A stretch of DNA of 64,000 nucleotides from positions 1 to 64,000 of IMG/VR virus record IMGVR_UViG_3300047564_006544. One strand, written 5' to 3'. This document shows positions 56,921 to 64,000 of this stretch, one piece after another. Under the pieces are notes generated by a model, which worked only from the letters and a program-made list of their open reading frames with translations, did not search any database and had not been told where the DNA came from. The translations under genes were made by a program, and so were the position numbers. Source of the stretch: a virus. Each line of letters starts with the position of its first letter. The first letter of the stretch is position 1.

Positions 56921-58540
56921 TTATTCTTGGATTAGGTCGGAAAGATCCTGGTAAACACAAACTTCTGTTGTCAGGAGAGTACCTGCAGCTGATACGGCAT
57001 TTTCTACGCCCTTTCTAACTACCTTTACAGGATCAATGATGCCTCTTTCCATCATATCTTCTACAAACTCTCCTCTTAGAGCGTCAAATCCAACAAACCC
57101 TCCGGTTGAAATTATCTTTTCTTGTGGGCCATGATAATCAAATCCTGCATTACGCATAATCTGAATAAATGGCTCCCTAAGAGCAGTACGAAGAATATTT
57201 AGACCCGCAACTTCTTCTGGAAGAAGCTTTCCTGCTGGCTGAGCATTGATATAATCTCCAACAACTCTTGATGCCTGAAGAAGAGCTGAGCCTCCACCTG
57301 GAACAATTCCCATTTCAATTGCTGCACGAACTGCATTTAGAGAGTCTTCAACTCGATCCTTTCGCTCTCTCATTTCTCCTTCGGTAGAACCACCAACACG
57401 GAATACTGCTGCTCCACCAGCCAGCTTTGAAAGTCTGTCTTTTAGAGACGCCTTTTGGTGATCAAAGATTGTTGAATCTCCCATTTGAGACTTAATCATT
57501 CTAACTCTCATATCAACAGATTCTTTTCCACCAGCACCATCCACAATTAGAGTTGTATTTCTTGTGCAGAGGATTCTTCTTGCTCTACCAAGATCCTCTA
57601 ACTCTGCATCGCGTAGTGCTCTTCCGTTAGAATTGTCAAATACTTTTCCGCCAACAACTGCTGCAATATCTTCTAGCATATCGCGTCTAACGTCACCAAA
57701 TCCTGGTGCTTTTATTGCACAACAAAGAAGATTTGCTTTCTGTCTATTTAGAACGAGAGTTGCAAGAGCTTCACCTTCAACATCACGAGCAATAATAAAT
57801 AGTGGCTTACCTGCTCCATGTGCCTTCTGGATAATCTCTAGAAACTCTGATGATGATGAAATTTTATCATCATAAAGTACAATATAAGCTCCCTCAAATT
57901 CGCAAGATAGCTTTTCAACATTTGTAACAAATGCTGGAGATAGCCAGCCCTTTGCAACCTGAAGTCCCTCTGTATAAGATACTTGAGTTTGACCTCCTGT
58001 AGATTCTTCTAGGGAAATTACACCATCCTCACCAACATTAGATACAACCTCACCAATCATTGAACCCAATTCTGAGTCATTGTTTGTTGAGATTGTGGCA
58101 ACATGCTTTAGTGTTTCTTCCGAATCAATACTGCGAGATAGCGATGATAGGAATGTTGTAACCTGAGAAAGACCAATATCTAAGCCTCTTTTTAGAAGGA
58201 CTGGATTGTGTCCTGCTGCAACCATCTTAAGACCATCATTAAAAATTGCCTGAGATAGAACGGTTGCAGTGGTTGTTCCGTCACCAGCCATAGAATTTGT
58301 TGCAGAAGCAGCAGTCTTAATAAGTTGCGCTCCAATATTTTGGAGAGGATCTTTTAGCTCAATTGCTCTTGCGACGGATACTCCATCTTTTGTAATTACT
58401 GGAGGACCATAGCCTCTCTCTAATGCTGCATGGCGACCTCTTGGACCAAGAGTGCATTTTACTGCATCTGCCACAATATTTACGCCTTTCTGAATTTCTG
58501 CTCTTGCCTCAGAACCAAACTTAACTTCTTTTGCTGACAT
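56921..58540 (-). CDS. groEL: Chaperonin GroEL, paralog 2
   Basis: [64 protein letters not shown]; no GGM tail. Confidence 0.95.
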   Translation of the reverse strand: MSAKEVKFGSEARAEIQKGVNIVADAVKCTLGPRGRHAALERGYGPPVITKDGVSVARAIELKDPLQNIGAQLIKTAASATNSMAGDGTTTATVLSQAIFNDGLKMVAAGHNPVLLKRGLDIGLSQVTTFLSSLSRSIDSEETLKHVATISTNNDSELGSMIGEVVSNVGEDGVISLEESTGGQTQVSYTEGLQVAKGWLSPAFVTNVEKLSCEFEGAYIVLYDDKISSSSEFLEIIQKAHGAGKPLFIIARDVEGEALATLVLNRQKANLLCCAIKAPGFGDVRRDMLEDIAAVVGGKVFDNSNGRALRDAELEDLGRARRILCTRNTTLIVDGAGGKESVDMRVRMIKSQMGDSTIFDHQKASLKDRLSKLAGGAAVFRVGGSTEGEMRERKDRVEDSLNAVRAAIEMGIVPGGGSALLQASRVVGDYINAQPAGKLLPEEVAGLNILRTALREPFIQIMRNAGFDYHGPQEKIISTGGFVGFDALRGEFVEDMMERGIIDPVKVVRKGVENAVSAAGTLLTTEVCVYQDLSDLIQE

Positions 58541-58549
58541 ACTTACCTC

Positions 58550-59176
58550 TTAGGTATAAATATTACTATAAGATGCGCCAATTTTTTGCATTAAATTTTG
58601 ATTGTTATTCAATGCAATTGAAAGAGGGTCGGAACCTGCGAATGGGTCGCAAACCACCTCCATTTCTTTGAGCTGTTGCTCCATGATTGTCTCCCATATT
58701 TTGGGTGGTTTTGCAGACAATCCAGCTGGCTTTTTCTCATGAAAAATGTTTGGCATACCTGTAACGTATTTCTTTGTTGCACCCTTTGTGCAATAGACAA
58801 TATATTCAACTTGATTACGCCAATGGTATCCCATAGTCATATTGACCTTATCCCAAACAATTATATTTCGGAATGTCCATCCTGCTTTTTCCAGAGAATC
58901 TTTTGTTGGAAATAAACCGTCACGATTGGCAAAAACATAGCAGCCAGCTCCAGAGTTTGAGATCTGAAACATTTCATTATAAGATGACTCTAGATCTTTG
59001 TATGTTAGCCTAACATACATCTCATCTTTGCCATCTTCAAATTTCATTCTTCCTGTTCCATTTTGGTTTTCAAATGGATAAGGAGGATCTGTAATCCAAA
59101 GATCAACTTTAGAGGTTGCTTTTAGGTGATTAAAAAAATCTTTAATTTCTAGCTTTGTTATATTTATTTTTGACAT
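58550..59176 (-). CDS. N6-adenine/N4-cytosine DNA methyltransferase (beta class, solitary)
   Basis: ITDPPY, IVWDK, KP, VCDPFAGS. Confidence 0.8.
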   Translation of the reverse strand: MSKINITKLEIKDFFNHLKATSKVDLWITDPPYPFENQNGTGRMKFEDGKDEMYVRLTYKDLESSYNEMFQISNSGAGCYVFANRDGLFPTKDSLEKAGWTFRNIIVWDKVNMTMGYHWRNQVEYIVYCTKGATKKYVTGMPNIFHEKKPAGLSAKPPKIWETIMEQQLKEMEVVCDPFAGSDPLSIALNNNQNLMQKIGASYSNIYT

Positions 59177-59184
59177 TTTAAATC

Positions 59185-60219
59185 CTAAAAAACAATATCA
59201 TCAAATGCTTTATCTAGTTCTGACTTCTTGTCGGAATCAACCAACTTTTTCTCTATAATACTCTTTACCGGAAATAAATCAGAATCTCCAATAAAAAGTG
59301 CATGAGAAATATCCCAATGAGACATCTTCTGCATTTCTGCAAAATATGTTGCCAACCTCTTAATCATACTGTTGGTACTCTCTTTTGTTACCACTTCCTG
59401 CTCATAGTTATCGCTGGTGGTAATTTTAACTTTTACACCGGCAGTAACGCCTCCCCACTGTGAAATAGCACCAAGCTTCTTGCACTCCTGCCAATAAGTG
59501 TTAGAATCAGACATTACTTCTAGAGTTCTCTGGTATAGCTCTCTTGAAAACTCGAAACCTGTTTTTTCATAATATTTAAAATGTCTTAGAGCCTGAAATA
59601 CTTTTGATGCAAGACTCTTTCTCATCAGGCCTTGGTTATTTATTGTAAGCTGCTTTTTATTCATTGAGTCCATAAATGATGAATGAATAATAAATTCACC
59701 ATTATAAATTGCAACAGAACAAACGCCAAGATCAAAAGAGGATAAGAGTGATTCTACAGAATCTTGCTTTCTAACAATACACTGAATTGGCTTTAGCTTT
59801 ACTTTTCTTTTTGAACTAGAAAACATAAATGTATTTGCCCAATCAGAGGTTCTATCTATCGAAATAGATTCTCTATTTGATAATGAAATATTTTTATATG
59901 AAATTGACAATAAGCTGTTGTTATATGAAATTTTATCTTTTAATTCTTTTGAAAATAGAATATCTATTCCAGAATCATTGCAATCATTTGTTATCCATAG
60001 ATCAACATCAGAAAATGGAACTAATGGATTTTGAAACATATTCTTTGAGATTAAAGAGCTAGCCAAACTATCAGATAGACTCTGCATCATTTCATTTACA
60101 ATGAATGCGTTTAAAGCAAATCCACCAGCAATAATAATATCTTTATTATTTGCAAGATCTTCGGGAAGATATGTTTTAATTAAATCTACTACTAATTTTG
60201 CATCTTTTTTGATAAACAT
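59185..60219 (-). CDS. Phage nucleotidyltransferase (Pol-beta / CCA-head-like)
   Basis: IIIAGGFA, SDVDLW, LLSSFDLGVCSVAI. Confidence 0.65.
   Translation of the reverse strand: MFIKKDAKLVVDLIKTYLPEDLANNKDIIIAGGFALNAFIVNEMMQSLSDSLASSLISKNMFQNPLVPFSDVDLWITNDCNDSGIDILFSKELKDKISYNNSLLSISYKNISLSNRESISIDRTSDWANTFMFSSSKRKVKLKPIQCIVRKQDSVESLLSSFDLGVCSVAIYNGEFIIHSSFMDSMNKKQLTINNQGLMRKSLASKVFQALRHFKYYEKTGFEFSRELYQRTLEVMSDSNTYWQECKKLGAISQWGGVTAGVKVKITTSDNYEQEVVTKESTNSMIKRLATYFAEMQKMSHWDISHALFIGDSDLFPVKSIIEKKLVDSDKKSELDKAFDDIVF
60189..60196 (+). promoter_or_regulatory. Putative late promoter CTACTAAT
   Basis: CTACTAATTTT occurs upstream of both credible plus-strand genes (15408 and 60238). Confidence 0.45.
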
Positions 60220-60237
60220 TATTGCTCCGAGGTTATA

Positions 60238-61491
60238 ATGAGAAGCTTAGGTAAGATTAGAAGATTATTAAAAATTGCACAAGAAGGTAGTGTAGAAGTC
60301 TGGCAACAAGTAAAGGCAGAAGCCGAAAGTGAAGAGCTTCCGCCAGAGTTAGACGTAGCTTCTATTCAAGAGTCTGCAAAGGTTGCAGAGGATTTGGGCG
60401 AAAAAGCTGAGGCTGCAAAAAAATCTGCAGAATCTCTTTCTGATGAAGAAAAGAGCACTCTAAAAGAAGCATCTTCTGAACCTGGATTTTTAGAAAAAGT
60501 AATGTCATCCGGTAACATTGAGGCATCTGCATCGTTCGTTATTGATACGCTATTCGTGAAAGCAGCTTCTAAAAAAATAGGAAGAAAAAGAGCTACCGCA
60601 ATTATACGCGACATAAATATATATTCCTCTTTGCATGGTAGCAATTTAAAAATTGCATCAAGAAATTCTATTGAGCTTGCTCTTATTAGAAAAAAAGAAG
60701 CATTTGATAAAATGCTTTCAGATGAAAATTTCTTAAAAAATGCATCCCCAGAGTATTTGATGATAAAAAAGAGCGATTTTATGTCTGGACTAAAGGGATT
60801 GGCAGAAGGTATTTCTGGTGCTGCCGGATCAATAGGAAGGGGAATAAAAACAGTGCTCTCTGGAGTATGGGGATTTATATGGAAAGTATTTCCTATAATT
60901 ACTCTTTTTTACTCAATTAAAGATGGATATAATTCTTACTCTATGGTTCAAGAGTCTCTTAAAAAAATAGTGTCTAATTTTTCAGATCTTGGAAGCGAAG
61001 AGTCTCTGCTCGATCCAAAGCATATTTCTGGGCTTATTGAAGAATTTAAAAATATTCCAGAAACACTGCTTAGAGTGACAAGGCTAAACAAAATTGCAAT
61101 GTTTTATAAAAAGCACTGGTACAACATTTGGTTTTCTGTTGCTTCAGCAGTAGAAGATATAATCTCAATAGTATTACTATTCTTTACTGGCGGAATGTCT
61201 GCTGTAGTAGCAAGAGTAGCAGGAATAGTCGGAACTATATTGGGACTTGGCTCGCTATTTGGATATTTGGCAACTTCATTTTTTGATCTTGGAGTCGGAG
61301 ATTACGTTGCAAATAGCAAGGCAATATCCGGTATAGCCGGAGAGCACATATCTGAAGTTGATGCTGGTGTTGCGCCAGAGTCAGAAGAAGGAGCCGCTCC
61401 TGCTGACAGCGGCAACGAAGAAGCACTAAGAACATTTAGACTTCTACAGGATTCTATGTCCGCAGGAAAGGCAGTGCAATCAGTAGGGTAA
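60238..61491 (+). CDS. Membrane protein with N-terminal K-x-A motif region, putatively virion-delivered
   Basis: LKIAQE, LKEASS, VKAASK, LKIASR, KKEAFD, LKNASP; later hydrophobic helices (VWGFIWKVFPIITLFY; ISIVLLFFTGG...LFGYLA). Confidence 0.7.
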   Translation: MRSLGKIRRLLKIAQEGSVEVWQQVKAEAESEELPPELDVASIQESAKVAEDLGEKAEAAKKSAESLSDEEKSTLKEASSEPGFLEKVMSSGNIEASASFVIDTLFVKAASKKIGRKRATAIIRDINIYSSLHGSNLKIASRNSIELALIRKKEAFDKMLSDENFLKNASPEYLMIKKSDFMSGLKGLAEGISGAAGSIGRGIKTVLSGVWGFIWKVFPIITLFYSIKDGYNSYSMVQESLKKIVSNFSDLGSEESLLDPKHISGLIEEFKNIPETLLRVTRLNKIAMFYKKHWYNIWFSVASAVEDIISIVLLFFTGGMSAVVARVAGIVGTILGLGSLFGYLATSFFDLGVGDYVANSKAISGIAGEHISEVDAGVAPESEEGAAPADSGNEEALRTFRLLQDSMSAGKAVQSVG

Positions 61492-61507
61492 AATAAACAA
61501 CAAGATA

Positions 61508-61915
61508 CTAAGAGATTTTTTCATCAATAATAAAAAATTCTTTATCTGCCCAAGAAAATTTAACCCTATTTACCAATAGATTTGCCATATCTTTTACAAA
61601 AGAAAGATTAAGCTTTAAATCTTTTATCTCGCTATCCAGATCTTCAATCTTTTTTAGAAAATCTAAAGGGCTACTTTCTGCAACAATAGAAAAATAATTT
61701 ACATAGTCTTCCATTGTTGCGATTGTTACATCTCCCTTTGCCTTCTTTATTGGCTTACAGATTATAAGATCTTTTCCTGATGGAAGCTCGTTACGCTCCT
61801 CCCATCCAACGAGAATCTTTCCGTCTTTTTCTGGCGGGAGCTGACGGTAGCCAAGAATTTTATCTACCTTGTAGGTTTTTAGAATCTTAGGTAATGTTGC
61901 CAACTTTTCCTCCAA
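61508..61915 (-). CDS. Hypothetical protein
   Basis: 135 aa, overlaps the upstream gene. Confidence 0.6.
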   Translation of the reverse strand: MEEKLATLPKILKTYKVDKILGYRQLPPEKDGKILVGWEERNELPSGKDLIICKPIKKAKGDVTIATMEDYVNYFSIVAESSPLDFLKKIEDLDSEIKDLKLNLSFVKDMANLLVNRVKFSWADKEFFIIDEKIS

Positions 61916-62555
61916 TCTTCTTTATGGTAGCTGCATTACCGTGAACCTCAAACATTACAGTCTTTTCTGCCGTCTTATTATCAACGCGACAAAGAGTGCA
62001 GTCGTTACAGGTAATGTCCTTCTTTCCTTCTACGCCATGACGAGCGGGGCACATAAATGCCTTCTCACCATTTGGCAAGGAAAGTGACTTCTGTGTTCCC
62101 TTTGGTACGATTAGTGTTGCAGACCAGCCCATAGAGCGTGCCTCCATCACTTCATCAAGGTTTGCACAGGAAGCCCTAAAATAGCCCTTTAGAGGCTGGG
62201 CTTCATCTGCTCGCCAATTATGAGTGTAGCCAATATTGATAAGCCCTTCGCTCTCAACGAGCTTACACTCATTAAGTGTTTCTTTTACATCGCCAACAAT
62301 ATCTCCGGCAATTCTATGCCGAACAATTCTTGCCGTATGTAGTCGCTCTCCTAGAGCATCCGTGATAGACTTAAGCTTAATTGTTCCCTTGTCAATCTTT
62401 GATGAAAGAACGCCAAGGTAAAACAATCCCCAAGCATAACACCCGCCTTCTTTTAGTGAGCAGGAGTCTGGGCAGCTTTCCTTTGTAGAATAGGATGCAA
62501 CAACCTTTCCTGTCTTTTTGTCATTAGAAGAAGAAACCCAATGAACCTTTCGCAT
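61887..62555 (-). CDS. Cys-rich phage protein (GP88-like, possible Fe-S binding)
   Basis: SNDKKTG, CPDSC.....CYA, RHRIAGD, YTHNW, CPA, CNDCTLC. Confidence 0.55.
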   Translation of the reverse strand: MRKVHWVSSSNDKKTGKVVASYSTKESCPDSCSLKEGGCYAWGLFYLGVLSSKIDKGTIKLKSITDALGERLHTARIVRHRIAGDIVGDVKETLNECKLVESEGLINIGYTHNWRADEAQPLKGYFRASCANLDEVMEARSMGWSATLIVPKGTQKSLSLPNGEKAFMCPARHGVEGKKDITCNDCTLCRVDNKTAEKTVMFEVHGNAATIKKIGGKVGNIT

Positions 62556-62595
62556 TTGTCTACCACGGAAAATGAAAAAGAATTACTTTTTCTAG

Positions 62596-63180
62596 TTAAA
62601 TGTTTTTTGAGTTTTCTAAATAAAATATTGCAGACTTTAATATCTCTACGTTTTCTTTTAAGAGACCTATGCCTGTATTACATTGGCTGCAAAGAAGTCC
62701 TCTTATTTTTAGGGTATTGTGATCGTGATCTACATGAAGAGAATGGCCTAAATTATCCTGAGATATTCCACATATTTTGCAGCACCATCCCTGAGAATCT
62801 CCAATCTCTTTGAATTTCTCTAGGGTCAAATCTATACCAAGCTTTTTCCAAGTATGAGGCCTAAATTTTCCCTTAGATCTCATTTCCCTTCCATACCTTA
62901 TTTTATGCTGCCTTCTTCTTTCTGCCTCTTCTGGCGGCAAAGATTTTAAATATTCTTTTCTTTTTTCTAAGATTTTTTCTTTTCTTCTTAAATATCTTTT
63001 TTTGCTTTGCTCCGCAAGCTTTTCTCTATTCTCTTCATAATATTTTTTAAGATATTCTTTTCTTTTTTCTACGTATTTTGGCGCATTTTTCTTATCACGT
63101 TCTTTTTTTGCTTCTTTATTTTTTTGATAATATTCTCTGCAATATTGTTTTCTTTTTTCTTTCTTTTCTTCATCTAGCAT
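62596..63180 (-). mobile_element. Free-standing endonuclease VII-family homing endonuclease (probable start 63180)
   Basis: Basic helical N-terminus; CKICG, LHVDHDH, RGLLCSQCNTGIG; GGAGG RBS before ATG 63180. Confidence 0.85.
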
Positions 63181-63184
63181 AGAT

Positions 63185-63217
63185 GAACCTCCAGAATAAT
63201 TTATACTCTGGAGGCTC
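63185..63217 (-). promoter_or_regulatory. RBS-sequestering hairpin with TATAAAT in the loop
   Basis: Minus strand GAGCCTCCAGAG-TATAAATTA-TTCTGGAGGTTC-ATCT-ATG (12 bp including 2 G-U). Confidence 0.75.
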
Positions 63218-63228
63218 ATATCTTTTAA

Positions 63229-63483
63229 TTAACTATCAAGGTGCTTTTGAAGAAAGGCGAGAAGTGACTTTGCCTCTCTTACAGTCATCTTGATTACAGA
63301 CTCGCTACGAGAATCTGGAACAGTAATAGTAAGTCGATTTGAAAGCTTCTTCTTTCCTACGGAATCGCGTGAAAGTCGAACTCTAAATCCTGAAAAATCT
63401 CGACTTACTACCTTCTCTCGATCTGCAAGTGCTGGAACTTTACTGCGTGAATTTGACTGCTGAGTAGTGGTATCGGTATTCAT
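63229..63483 (-). CDS. Hypothetical protein
   Basis: 84 aa, AGGAG RBS. Confidence 0.7.
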   Translation of the reverse strand: MNTDTTTQQSNSRSKVPALADREKVVSRDFSGFRVRLSRDSVGKKKLSNRLTITVPDSRSESVIKMTVREAKSLLAFLQKHLDS

Positions 63484-63492
63484 TTTTTCTCC

Positions 63493-63666
63493 TTAAAAAA
63501 GTTTCTTAATGCGAATATAGGATTTGCCTTCTTTCTTCATCTTTTCTAGAAGGTCTGCTGCGCTCTGTACGTCCTCTACCTCCTCTGTCTTTTTTACAGG
63601 GGTCTCTTCTGTAGTTGACTCAAATAACTTTGAGATATCTTTATCAGTATTTTTTGCTTTTGCCAT
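63493..63666 (-). CDS. Small hypothetical protein (57 aa; absent from the ORF track)
   Basis: AGGAG RBS; MAKAKNTDKDISKLFESTTEE...YIRIKKLF. Confidence 0.7.
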   Translation of the reverse strand: MAKAKNTDKDISKLFESTTEETPVKKTEEVEDVQSAADLLEKMKKEGKSYIRIKKLF

Positions 63667-63676
63667 TATAAACTCC

Positions 63677-63976
63677 TTAGTTATTTTCAGTAGTTGTCTT
63701 TGTGTTTCCTATCCAGCCACGATCTTCGCCTACAACTAGGACTTTCTTTTGTGGTTCACTTTTAGTTCCAAAGTTTCCACCAAAAAGCTGTTTTGCTAGT
63801 TTATAGCGCAATTGGTCTGGATTTAGATTTTGAGTAGCAGCAATTCTTTCAACCGAAGATTGAAGAATCTCCTCTGCAATCATAAGACCATCGTATGGTG
63901 ACACTCTTTCTTCATTTAAGATGATAAAGATTTTTTTAATTATCTCTTCCATCTTTTTTTCATCAAGCATTTCCAA
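63677..63976 (-). CDS. Hypothetical protein (start uncertain)
   Basis: About 97-99 aa at the right edge. Confidence 0.55.
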   Translation of the reverse strand: MEMLDEKKMEEIIKKIFIILNEERVSPYDGLMIAEEILQSSVERIAATQNLNPDQLRYKLAKQLFGGNFGTKSEPQKKVLVVGEDRGWIGNTKTTTENN

Positions 63977-64000
63977 GCCAACCTCGCTCTGAGTCTGAAA

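Noticed and set aside
1-64000. Stop-codon reassignment as in some huge phages
   Set aside because: Conserved genes are full length under code 11, and TAG and TGA both end genes immediately before the next RBS or start.
1-64000. Bacterial chromosome (recA, dnaE, groEL, purA, guaB, hup)
   Set aside because: Terminase, fibre genes, homing endonucleases, many orphans and the absence of bacterial operon context (no groES, ribosomal or pur operons) indicate a large phage.

Overview
A 64-kb segment of an AT-rich large (jumbo/huge) dsDNA tailed phage genome, densely packed and almost entirely on the minus strand. TAA, TAG and TGA all act as stops. Left end: the N-terminal part of a terminase large subunit and a late/head gene cluster with a CCA-type nucleotidyltransferase. 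Next comes a replication-recombination block: UvsY-like, SSB, RuvC, GroEL, RecA, DnaG catalytic domain, sigma region-4 protein, DnaE, GapR/DsbA-like, sigma factor, Cas4/AddB-like nuclease, SbcCD, a separate DnaG zinc finger and FtsK. The window also holds a 2457-aa orphan, two tail-fibre-like genes, HU, KhpA, Hsp20, ThyX, an M16 peptidase, a MoxR-AAA/VWA pair, GuaB, PurA, a DHH phosphoesterase, a second GroEL, a methyltransferase and three free-standing endonucleases. Most notable: (1) a set of otherwise unrelated orphan proteins sharing K-x-A/S motifs, a shared amphipathic helix and a CTRYTAAT upstream motif, a candidate capsid-loading and protease-maturation system whose cargo includes a 2H phosphoesterase, a zincin and a membrane protein; (2) two unrelated homing endonucleases with the same RBS-sequestering hairpin carrying a -10-like element in its loop; (3) a primase split across 26 kb; (4) a conserved 35-bp promoter-plus-hairpin element; (5) two divergent GroELs with no GroES in the window. 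All family calls come from motif recognition by eye; no database search was run.
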